Positions 51,117-60,900 of a stretch of DNA of 64,000 bases are shown here, piece after piece. The notes under the pieces were generated by a model. It was given only the letters and a program-made list of their open reading frames with translations. It was not told where the DNA came from and made no database searches. This DNA is from Sedimentisphaerales bacterium (GTDB lineage: Bacteria; Planctomycetota; Phycisphaerae; Sedimentisphaerales; SM23-30), in NCBI GenBank assembly GCA_963663965.2, contig CAXXFK010000013.1, forward strand, positions 1 to 64,000, in the 5' to 3' direction. The position numbers and the translations under genes were made by a program. Each line of letters opens with the position of its first letter. Position 1 is the first letter of the stretch.

Positions 51117-52901
51117 ATGAAGATGTTACCTGGTATGAGTCGTTGGATAGTCATCGGAATGTTTATGTTTTCGAGCTGGTTGATTGGAAACGTTATGGCA
51201 CAGAGTGAATCAAGCTGGCCGTATGAAAACGAGACCAAAGAACAGCGCGATGCCCGGATGAAATGGTGGCGTGAGGCCCGTTTTGGCATGTTCATTCACT
51301 GGGGCGTCTATTCAGTGCCGGCCGGGACTTATGATGGCAAAGAAATCCCCGGGATCGGCGAATGGATCATGAACCGGGGCAAAATCCCGGTAGCGCGTTA
51401 TAAAAAATACGCGTCCGAGTTCAACCCGGTGAACTATGATCCGGATGCCTGGGTGAGGCTGGCCAAAGAGGCGGGCATGAAATACATTGTGATTACGTCC
51501 AAACATCATGATGGTTTTGCGCTTTTCGATTCGAAAGTGACCGACTGGGACGTGGTTGACGCCACCCCTTATGGCAAAGATCTGCTCAAACCGCTGGCGG
51601 AAGCCTGCCGCAAACATGGTATCAAACTGGGCTTCTATTATTCCCAGGCCCAGGACTGGTGTCATCCGGGCGGCGCGGCTTCCGGAGGACACTGGGATCC
51701 GGCCCAGGATGGCGATATGACCGAATATATCCGTAAAATTGCCGTGCCGCAGGTAAAAGAAATCCTGACCAATTATGGCGATCTGGCGGTGTTATGGTGG
51801 GATACCCCAACCAATATGACCCGGGAACGCGCTGATATGCTTCAGCCGCTGATCACCCTGCAACCCGGTATTATTACCAATAACCGGTTGGGCGGCGGCT
51901 ATCGGGGCGATACAGAAACCCCGGAACAGCATATCCCGGCCACGGGATATAAAGATCGCGACTGGGAAACCTGTATGACGATGAATGGCACCTGGGGCTT
52001 CAAGAGCTACGATCACAACTGGAAATCGACCACGACTTTGCTGCGCAACCTGGTTGATATTGCCAGTAAAGGCGGCAATTATCTGCTCAATGTCGGACCG
52101 ACCTCATTGGGAGAAATTCCCCAGCCCAGTATCGATCGGCTCAAAGAAGTCGGCCAGTGGATGAAAGTGAATGGCGAGTCCATTTATGACACATCGGCAA
52201 CGCCGTTTGCCAAACTGGCGTGGGGACGTTGTACCAAAAAAGTGGAAGGTAACAGCACGACTTTATATTTGCATGTATTCGAATGGCCGGAAGATGGCGA
52301 ATTGGTGGTGCCGGGCCTCAATTTGAAAAAAGCCTCGGCGCGCGCTTATATGCTGGCCAATGGAAAAGTGGTAAAGCTGACTTCCAATGATGACTGCGCT
52401 GTTCTGAAAGTCGGGAAAAAGGCGATTGATCCGATCGACACCGTGGTCGTATTGAAAGTAACCGGCCCCTATGATATTGTTAAGATGTTGCCGATACAAA
52501 GCAGTTCGGGTATTTTAATGCTGTCGCCCGAACTGGCGGAGATCCATAATCCAGCCGGCGCTGAAGCGCAGGTGGAAAGTAAAGGCGACAAGCCCAATAT
52601 CGGCTTCTGGACCAATTCTCAGGCATGGCTGGAATGGTCGTTCAAGATCAATAAACCGGGACAGTATATCGTTGAAACAGAAATTGCCATGCAGAATGGC
52701 AAGAGCCAGTTCGAATTAAGTTATGGCGAGCAGAAAATTGTTGTCGATGTCGCCTCGACCGGCAGTTATGACACATTTAAACCGGTAACGCTCGGCAAAA
52801 TCGATCTGACCGCCGGTGATGGTAAGCTTGTCATTAAACCAGTGCGTGATCAATGGAGCCCGATCAATCTTAGAGCCATTGTACTGAAACCGGCTCAATA
52901 A
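51117..52901 (+). CDS. GH29 alpha-L-fucosidase with C-terminal CBM-like domain
   Basis: Same GH29 motifs (LWWD nucleophile) plus an extra ~135-aa domain (NIGFWTN, STGSYDTF). Confidence 0.93.
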   Translation: MKMLPGMSRWIVIGMFMFSSWLIGNVMAQSESSWPYENETKEQRDARMKWWREARFGMFIHWGVYSVPAGTYDGKEIPGIGEWIMNRGKIPVARYKKYASEFNPVNYDPDAWVRLAKEAGMKYIVITSKHHDGFALFDSKVTDWDVVDATPYGKDLLKPLAEACRKHGIKLGFYYSQAQDWCHPGGAASGGHWDPAQDGDMTEYIRKIAVPQVKEILTNYGDLAVLWWDTPTNMTRERADMLQPLITLQPGIITNNRLGGGYRGDTETPEQHIPATGYKDRDWETCMTMNGTWGFKSYDHNWKSTTTLLRNLVDIASKGGNYLLNVGPTSLGEIPQPSIDRLKEVGQWMKVNGESIYDTSATPFAKLAWGRCTKKVEGNSTTLYLHVFEWPEDGELVVPGLNLKKASARAYMLANGKVVKLTSNDDCAVLKVGKKAIDPIDTVVVLKVTGPYDIVKMLPIQSSSGILMLSPELAEIHNPAGAEAQVESKGDKPNIGFWTNSQAWLEWSFKINKPGQYIVETEIAMQNGKSQFELSYGEQKIVVDVASTGSYDTFKPVTLGKIDLTAGDGKLVIKPVRDQWSPINLRAIVLKPAQ

Positions 52902-52952
52902 TATGCTGGTCCAATTTATAAAATAACCAAACCCACTTTTGGAGAATTTGCT

Positions 52953-54656
52953 ATGGTTAAAGCACAATCGCTAGGCATAACTCAAGATGCCAGCCCATCG
53001 ATTCCAGTGATTGGGGTATTCGCCCCGTGCGACCCCCGGATCGATGCCGACAGCCGTCAACGCGCCCAGAATATCGTTGGATTAGTAGCCGACGCGATCA
53101 GTGGACAGGTCGTATTGCCCGACAAAACCCCGGTGCCGGTGGTCTTTTCGCCGGTGCTGGTTGACAGCGAACGTCAGGCCGATATTGTGGCGCGTCAGTT
53201 TCGACAGGCCGGGGTTAATATTCTGGTCTGCGCCCCGGATACCTGGGCGTTTCCTCAACTGACCACTATCTCACTTTTGCAGCAGTTTCCCAAAGAAACT
53301 CCGCTGAATATAACCTGCGGTAACAGTGGGCCCAAGCCCGGCGTGGTGTATGCTCATGCCTTAAGCGGCGCGATCAGCCAGTACGGCAAAATGGTGCATC
53401 TGAATGTCGGCAACTGGCCGGATACCGGTTTAAAACCGGCGATGACAAAACCCACAGCCACAGCCCTGATCGACTGGTGTTATGCCGCGGTGACGGCAGT
53501 TGCCTTGCGCGGCCGCCGGGCGATGGTTTTTGGCCATGATTCAATGGGTATGGAAACGGCCCTGGCTCATATTATTCCGACCCGCAATACCTTTGGCGTT
53601 GAAATCACACGTCTGGATATGAAACTGCTGGCGGATATGCTGGCCAAGGAAGCGTATGACAAAGAAGAACTCAAGGCCTTGCGCGGCTGGATTGACAAGA
53701 ACCTGGGTAAGCGTCTGGAATTGAAAACAGAGGCCGACAGCAAACGGTTCGACCAGTCATTAGCCATGTACCTGATCAATCGCGATCTGATGCGTGACCT
53801 GAACGCCGTGGGCGGCGGATTCATGAGTCAGCTGGAATGGGGCAGCGATAAACGCGGACTGCCCTTGCCGGTGGCGGATGCCATGGAATCAATGTTCAAC
53901 AGCACCTTCGATCATACCGGAACCAAGGCCCCGCTGCCCTACGCGACCGAGGCGGATGTCCAGGGGCTGCTGACAATGCTGTTCTTTACCTGGCTGTCCG
54001 GCGGTAATCCACCCTTGTTTATGGACTTCCGCAAAGTCTGGGAAAGCTGGGAAATTAAGGCTCTGGCCAAGAAACTCAAAATTGCAGTACCGGCCAAGGC
54101 CGATTATATCGTCAAAGGGCTGGTGGATGGTGACAACTCCGGCAGCGCCGCCTTTGACTGGGCCGCCAAACCCGGCACCAGTATCGCGTCGATTATGAAG
54201 GGTATCTCCATGCCGCTGGCTGATGAGGGATATTTCCCGGGCGGCGGCAACAGTGTAACCTTTATGACGCCCGCTGGAATTCAAGGCATTGCCGGCCGTC
54301 TGGCCTACAGCAGTCTGACCAATCAATTCAGTTTGATCTGGGATGAAGCCTGGACCACCAGTGTGCCGGCCAAGCTGGGTAAGGCCATGTGTAATCTGAC
54401 CACCCCAACCTGGCCGCATACCTTTGTTGTGCCGAAATACGCCAGTATGGTTGAGTATAAACAGTATGCCCCGGCGAACCATTTCCACATGACCTGGAAC
54501 CTGCCGGTAGCCCGGTTACAATACTGGATGGATCTGACCGGGATAAACAGCGCCACCCCCTGGGCTGCCCGTCCGAAGTTTATCGAAGGCGTGGATCGTC
54601 CGCTGCCTTTGATTTACCATTTGAACGGCGGTGAAGCGAATTATAAGTCGCTGTAA
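52953..54656 (+). CDS. fucI: L-fucose isomerase
   Basis: ATEAD, FMDFR and ANH segments correspond to the FucI Glu, Asp and His metal ligands. Lies downstream of fucosidases. Confidence 0.82.
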   Translation: MVKAQSLGITQDASPSIPVIGVFAPCDPRIDADSRQRAQNIVGLVADAISGQVVLPDKTPVPVVFSPVLVDSERQADIVARQFRQAGVNILVCAPDTWAFPQLTTISLLQQFPKETPLNITCGNSGPKPGVVYAHALSGAISQYGKMVHLNVGNWPDTGLKPAMTKPTATALIDWCYAAVTAVALRGRRAMVFGHDSMGMETALAHIIPTRNTFGVEITRLDMKLLADMLAKEAYDKEELKALRGWIDKNLGKRLELKTEADSKRFDQSLAMYLINRDLMRDLNAVGGGFMSQLEWGSDKRGLPLPVADAMESMFNSTFDHTGTKAPLPYATEADVQGLLTMLFFTWLSGGNPPLFMDFRKVWESWEIKALAKKLKIAVPAKADYIVKGLVDGDNSGSAAFDWAAKPGTSIASIMKGISMPLADEGYFPGGGNSVTFMTPAGIQGIAGRLAYSSLTNQFSLIWDEAWTTSVPAKLGKAMCNLTTPTWPHTFVVPKYASMVEYKQYAPANHFHMTWNLPVARLQYWMDLTGINSATPWAARPKFIEGVDRPLPLIYHLNGGEANYKSL

Positions 54657-54684
54657 CCAGATATTTGAATCATCAATAACAACG

Positions 54685-54725
54685 AACGGTTCTGGATTCT
54701 AATTAAAATCCAGAACCGTTTTTTT
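54685..54725 (+). terminator. Rho-independent terminator after fucI
   Basis: AACGGTTCTGGATT...AATCCAGAACCGTT followed by a T run. Confidence 0.85.
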
Positions 54726-55026
54726 ATTAGATGAGTAAGAATCGACAGACCGGCCCGGTCAGCAGGTAGAATCAGTACATTTTCCAGGGATTTTTGATAA
54801 TGTTTTCGTATGGCTTACGTCTAACAAATCAATAAAGTAATCCGACAGCATGACAAAAGGAGTGGCCTGGCTAATCGGCAATGTTTTTTTAAAGCATTGT
54901 TATGAAGTAAGTTATGTTTTACAGAACGATTTCGATTAATGTTGATTTATATAAGATGTCCAGTTAATATGGTATTGGCATCATAGAACAGAGACAGGTT
55001 TAGAGTGTTATCTTAAGGAGCAAACC

Positions 55027-55692
55027 ATGTTGGAACTGATTCAGGAGGCATTTTTGCCGGTCAATATGGCCTTTACGATTATCCTGATCGTTGTGGTTAT
55101 CTATTGGATTACCGTCATTTTCGGCGCACTGGATATCAGTTTCCTGGATATCGATTTTGATGTGGACGGTGATGTCGATTTGGATGTCGATATCGATGCG
55201 GATGGCGATATCGCGGGGGCACATGGCGGGGGAGTTTTGCAATCGATTTTTGAATTTATGTATGTCGGTGAAATCCCGGTAATGATTTTATTCAGTGTCA
55301 TGGGATTTTCCATGTGGGTCATATCGATATTATCAAATTATTATTTTAATCCGGACCGTTCGTTTATCGCCGCCATCCCAATCCAGCTGGCTAATTTTGT
55401 TGTCAGCGCCGCTATCTGGAAAGTGATTGGTATGAAGCTGGCAGGCTTTTTCAAGAAACTGGATGATGTAGCCAAACCCCGTAAAATGATGGGTGAAATC
55501 TGTGTTTTGAAAACATCGGCTTCCCATGAACTTGGGCAGGCCGAACTGGTCAGTTCTGGAGAATCGATTTTACTGAATGTAATAACCCATGATGGCGAAC
55601 GTCTGGAACGGGGACAGGAGGTTGTGATTGTTGGAAAGAATGATGAGAAAGGAATTTATGTTGTCAAAGCGTTGGAAATGGAATTAAATTAG
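55027..55692 (+). CDS. YqiJ/NfeD-like membrane protein with acidic loop and C-terminal OB fold
   Basis: Three TM segments, DIDFDVDGDVDLDVDIDADGD, GEIPVMI and GQAEL motifs; directly upstream of the flotillin gene. Confidence 0.8.
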   Translation: MLELIQEAFLPVNMAFTIILIVVVIYWITVIFGALDISFLDIDFDVDGDVDLDVDIDADGDIAGAHGGGVLQSIFEFMYVGEIPVMILFSVMGFSMWVISILSNYYFNPDRSFIAAIPIQLANFVVSAAIWKVIGMKLAGFFKKLDDVAKPRKMMGEICVLKTSASHELGQAELVSSGESILLNVITHDGERLERGQEVVIVGKNDEKGIYVVKALEMELN

Positions 55693-55734
55693 ACGTAAAC
55701 AGTGATTTCAGGTGAATAGAACAGGAGTTAGCAC

Positions 55735-57807
55735 ATGATGAATTTTGGAATGATCGCAGGGATTGAACAGGTAATAACAGGTGTGGTTATTGCGGCCATC
55801 GTGATATTTTTTATTGGGATTGTTGCATTTATTTCAAGTTTTTATCGAAAAGTGGCACAGGGTGAAGCATTGATTGTTAACGGTATGGGAGGGCCCAAAG
55901 TGAGTTTTTCGGGTGCGGTGGTTATACCTATTCTGCATAAAGCAGAATATATGGATATTTCGGTGAAGCGAATTTCGGTTGACCGGAAAGGGGCGCAGGG
56001 TTTGATCTGTCAGGATAACCTCCGAGCGGATATTCAGGTGGCGTTTTTTGTCCGGGTGAATAATACTGTGGAAGATGTTAAAAAGGTGGCTCAGGCATTG
56101 GGTTGCGAACGGGCGTCAGATGAAAAGGCTCTGTATGAATTGTTTGACGCGAAGTTTTCTGAGGCGCTCAAGACCGTGGGTAAACGGTTCGATTTTACCG
56201 AACTGTATACCTCGCGCCTTGAGTTCAAGGAAGAAATTCTCAAGATCATCGGCACGGATTTGAATGGGTATGTGCTGGAAGACGTGGCGATCGATTACCT
56301 GGAGCAGACAGATAAGGAACTGATGAATCCCAATAATATTCTGGATGCCGAAGGTATCAAGAAGATCACCGTGCTGACCGCGGAACAGTTTGAGATGGCT
56401 AACTCCCGCGAACGGGAAAAGGACAAGACCATCACCCAGCAGAATGTGGAGGCCCAGGAAGCCATTCTGGAGTTGAACCGGCAACTGGCCGAAGCGGATG
56501 CCAAGCAGAAACGGGAAGTGGCCACTGCCCAGGCGCGTGAAGAAGCGGAGACAAAAAAGATTCAGGCGGAAGAACGGCAGAAATTTGAAAAAGCCCGCAT
56601 TCAGGCCGATGAAGAGATCCAGGTAGCTGAAGAAAACCGCCAGCGTCAGGTGATTGTGGCGGCCAAGAATAAGGAACGTACCAACGCGATCGAGACGGAG
56701 CGCGTTGAGAAAGACCGAGGTCTGGAAGCGACCGAACGCGAACGGCTGGTGTCGATCGCTCAAATGGAAAAAGAAAAGGTGGTAGAAGACAAGAAACGCG
56801 AGGTGCAACTGGTGATCCGGGATCGGGTAACCGTGGAGAAGACGGTTGCTGAAGAAGAAGAGAAAATCAAGGATACCCGGGACTTTGCCGGCGCCGATCG
56901 TCGCAAGAAGGTGACGATTACCAAGGCGGAAGAAGATGCCGAATCCGCCCTGGTGAAGGATATCAAGGCGGCGGAAGCGGCCAAACGGGCATCGGAATTG
57001 CTGGCGCAAAAGCAGTTGATCGAGGCCGACGCCAACGAAAAAGCCGCGACCAAGAATGCCGACGCGAAAAAGACCCTGGCCGAAGCGGCGGTTAAAGAAC
57101 ATGCCGTATCGGGAGTTGCCGAAGCGGAAGTCTTGCAGGCCAAGGCCGTTGCGATTGAAAAACAGGGCGCCGCCGAAGCCAATGTCATGATCGCCAAGGC
57201 CGGCGCGCTGGAAAAACAGGGGAATGCCGAAGCCAGTGTCATGTCGCAGAAATATCATGCCGAGGCGGATGGTATCCGTGACAAAGCCGAAGCCATGAAG
57301 ATCTTCGACGCAGTCGGCAAGGAACACGAAGAGTTCAAACTGAAGTTGAACAAGGAACTGGAAGTGGAACTGGCCCAGATTCGCGTGCAGAAGGATATTG
57401 CCGAGCAGCAGGCGATTGTGATCAGTCAGGCGCTCAAGTCGGCCCAGATCGATATCGTTGGCGGCGAAAACACCTTCTTCGAGAAACTGGTTAACTCGAT
57501 TACGGTCGGTAAGAGTATCGACCGGCTGGTGAACCACAGTCAGGTGGTGGGCGATATCCGCAATACGTTTTTGAGCAGCGGCGATCCGGATGAAACTATG
57601 AAATCGATTCGGAATTTCATCTCCCGGTTTGGCCTGAAGGCCACCGATATCCGTGACCTGTCGGTGGCGGCGCTGATGATGAAAATGATCGATCAGGCCG
57701 ATGACGCCGAAACCAAAGGGTTGCTGCACAATTTGATGGATACCGCCAAAAATGTCGGAATCGATCAGATGGCGGTCAAGAACATTTTGAATCGCGGCAA
57801 AAACTAA
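55735..57807 (+). CDS. SPFH/flotillin-family protein (YqiK-like)
   Basis: N-terminal TM helix, GLICQDNLRADIQVAFFVRVN, long AEA-rich coiled coil. Confidence 0.9.
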   Translation: MMNFGMIAGIEQVITGVVIAAIVIFFIGIVAFISSFYRKVAQGEALIVNGMGGPKVSFSGAVVIPILHKAEYMDISVKRISVDRKGAQGLICQDNLRADIQVAFFVRVNNTVEDVKKVAQALGCERASDEKALYELFDAKFSEALKTVGKRFDFTELYTSRLEFKEEILKIIGTDLNGYVLEDVAIDYLEQTDKELMNPNNILDAEGIKKITVLTAEQFEMANSREREKDKTITQQNVEAQEAILELNRQLAEADAKQKREVATAQAREEAETKKIQAEERQKFEKARIQADEEIQVAEENRQRQVIVAAKNKERTNAIETERVEKDRGLEATERERLVSIAQMEKEKVVEDKKREVQLVIRDRVTVEKTVAEEEEKIKDTRDFAGADRRKKVTITKAEEDAESALVKDIKAAEAAKRASELLAQKQLIEADANEKAATKNADAKKTLAEAAVKEHAVSGVAEAEVLQAKAVAIEKQGAAEANVMIAKAGALEKQGNAEASVMSQKYHAEADGIRDKAEAMKIFDAVGKEHEEFKLKLNKELEVELAQIRVQKDIAEQQAIVISQALKSAQIDIVGGENTFFEKLVNSITVGKSIDRLVNHSQVVGDIRNTFLSSGDPDETMKSIRNFISRFGLKATDIRDLSVAALMMKMIDQADDAETKGLLHNLMDTAKNVGIDQMAVKNILNRGKN

Positions 57808-57817
57808 ACAGGACTTG

Positions 57818-57862
57818 AAAGCGGTTTTGTGCCCGGTGATTACTGGGGCATGAAACCGCTTT
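57818..57862 (+). promoter_or_regulatory. Intra-operon stem-loop
   Basis: AAAGCGGTTTTGTGCCCGGTG-AT-TACTGGGGCATGAAACCGCTTT. Confidence 0.6.
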
Positions 57863-57907
57863 ATTCATATTAACGCACAGTATTCTGCAGAGAGCGGTAA
57901 GGGACTT

Positions 57908-60900
57908 ATGGCAGAGAATACCACCCATGCGAATGAAACGGCGGCCGCCGGCGGTGACCAACTGCAAAGCGGCAGTTATGAAATTATCCGTAACCGGCTT
58001 TTAACCCACGGCAAGGATTTACGTCAGCGACTGGATCAGCTGAACGCCGCGCGTAAGGAAGTATTCGGCGCGATTGAAACGAAGCTGCTGGCCAGCGAAC
58101 GGATCACCACGGATAATAATTGTGTGCCGCGGGATATGGTCTGTATCGGCAGTAAGATTCTGTTCGGTTACAATGTCTTTATCGGCTTACGGTCCGAAAC
58201 GGTTTTAACCGATGTCTTTGCGGTTTATGACTGGCAGGATGGCGCGTTTAACCGTACAGATCTTAAACTGATCGAACAGGATAAATTCATCACCGACTTT
58301 AAGAACCTGTATAAATATTACCGTCAGACCGTGTTTGCCAAATTCGCGGTGATTGGCCCGCACCTGTTTATGGTCTTTCGGATCGGTAAATCCGTGACAG
58401 ATGTCAAGACCTTTAAATGGCTGCTGCGCGGTGATGAACTGGTGTATCTGGATAATCGCAGCGATCACGAATTTGTCTTTCCGCCCCAGCATGAATTTGA
58501 ATGGCGGCGAACCACCCAGGATATGCATCGGGGCGGCGCCAATCCGCATATCTCCATCGAAGACCGGATCTTTGTCGAAACGGTAGGGGGAGACCTGACG
58601 GTCAAGATCGAAGATAATACCGCTTCCGGAGAAGGCATTTATGCCGAACCGGTGGATAACGCCGATCAGACGCTCAGTGACGCGGAAATTTATTATGCCA
58701 TTGTCGGCAATATCATCCTGTTGAAGATCCTGCCTTATCAGGAAACCAGATACCGTTACCTGGTTTATAACGAAAAGGTCCAGCAATGCACCCGAATCGA
58801 CGCCATCCGGGAGGCGTGCGTCTTGCTGCCCGATGATCACGGCTTGATCTTCCCACGCGGCTGTTATCTGCAGACGGGCGAACGCAAACAGTTCGATACC
58901 GACCTGAAAGATATGGTCTATGAAAAACGTATCGATTCACCCAACGGAGAAGATTATCTCTATATCTTCTTCAATCGCGAGCAGGGCGCTTATGTGCTGT
59001 TGTCGTATAATCTGATTGAACAGAAAGTGGCAACGCCCATCGTCTGTCATGGTTATCTGATCATGAAGGATGGCACGCTGTTGTATTTCAAAGATGATGG
59101 CGAGCCGAAAAAACATCACGCGGTCCAGACCTGGCAAACCCCGTATTATGGCCCGGACCATGCCATTCCCGTTCAGCAGGAATCGGAACTCTATAAGATC
59201 GGCAATAAGGATATCGTCAAATGCATGGCGGAATGCACCGAATTGCTGAACCTGTCCGGTAAAGAAGAGTCCTTCGTTAATCTATATATCGATATTTCAC
59301 GCAAGGCCCAGGATATACTCGATTCCTATTTCTGGATCAAAAACGCCGCGACCTTTACCCTGGCCGATCCGTTACGCCAGATCCAGGAAGCCGCCACCGC
59401 GGCCATTGAAGAATATGAGAAAGTGGTCCGTACCCGTCGCAATACCCGTGATCAGATCGATAAGACCCATAAAAAAGTGCGGGAGATTATCGATGGGATC
59501 GATTTTGACACCCTGACCGGGATCGGGCAATTCGTCGAAGGATTATCGCAGTTACGCAGTGTCCGGGGTGAAGTGGTTTCGCTCAAAGATCTGAATTATA
59601 CCGATCTGGAACTGGTCGAAGCGCTGGAAACCGAAGTGGCGGAGGTGACCGAAAAACTATCCGGTCTGTGTGTTGAGTTTCTGCTCACTGAGGAGGCGCT
59701 GACGCCTTACCAGGAACTGGTAGCGGCCAATGGTGAACAGGTTAAACAAGTGTCCAAAGTGACTGAAGTGCGCGAACTTGAGCAGCAGATCGGCCAGACC
59801 GCGACGGAACTGGATATGCTGACCGAAATTGTCAGCAATCTGAAAATCGAGGATGCCACCCAGACCGTGGCGATTATCGATAATATCTCGCTGGTATTCG
59901 CGGAACTGAATAAAGTGAAAGCGGTTTTGAAGAACCGCCTGAACGATCTGGCCACCACCGAGAGCAAGGCGGAGTTCGCTTCCCAGATCAAATTAATCGA
60001 CCAGACCACCATCAATTACCTGGATGTCTGTCATACCCCGGATAAATGCGATGAATACCTGACCAAGGTAGTCGTTCAGCTGGAAACGCTGGAAAGCAAG
60101 TTTGCCGATTTTGATGAGTTTGTACTGGAACTGACCGACAAGCGCGAAGAAATCTATAACGCGTTCGAATCGCGCAAGGCGCAACTGGTGGCGGCGCGCA
60201 ACCAGAAAGCCGCGGCCCTGATGACGGCTTCCGAACGGATGCTGAAAGGAATTGAAAACCGGATCCGGGATTTTGCGGATATCAACCAGATCAACGGCTA
60301 TTTTGCCTCCGATCTGATGGTGGAGCGCGTCCGTGAAACCATCGCGAAATTGCTGGAGTTGGGCGATTCAGTCAAGGCGGATGATATCAAGAGCCGCCTC
60401 AAGACTTTGCAGCAGGATGGCGTGCGTCAACTGAAAGACAAGCAGGCGCTTTATGAAGATGGCGAAACTATTATCCGGCTGGGTGATCATCGGTTCTCGG
60501 TTAACAAGCAGCCGCTGGAAGGCAGCCTGGTGCGTCGCGATGATCAATTGTATTTTCATCTGTCGGGAACCGGTTTTTATCAGCACGTGTTGGATGAAGG
60601 ATTGGAATCCACGCGCGATGTCTGGGATATGCAGGCAGTATCGGAAAACAACCGGGTTTATCGTGGCGAATATCTGGCCTACTTGCTCTTGCGGGAATTG
60701 AAACAGGCCCCGGCCGAACTGGATTCGCTGCGGCAGGGCGGATTGGAAGCGATCCTAAATAGGGTACGCCAGTTTATGGCGCCCCGTTACGCGGAAGGCT
60801 ATGTGAAAGGGGTGCACGATCATGACGCGGCGCTGATCCTGGAGCGTCTGATTCATCTGGAATCGACTATTGGTTTGTTGCGTTATACCAGCCGGACCCG

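Noticed and set aside
49503..52901. Diversity-generating retroelement TR/VR pair
   Set aside because: The similarity spans whole paralogous genes, shows no evident adenine-specific pattern, and no reverse transcriptase is present.
56116..57729. 537-aa minus-strand ORF
   Set aside because: Antisense to the flotillin coiled coil; explained by codon bias.
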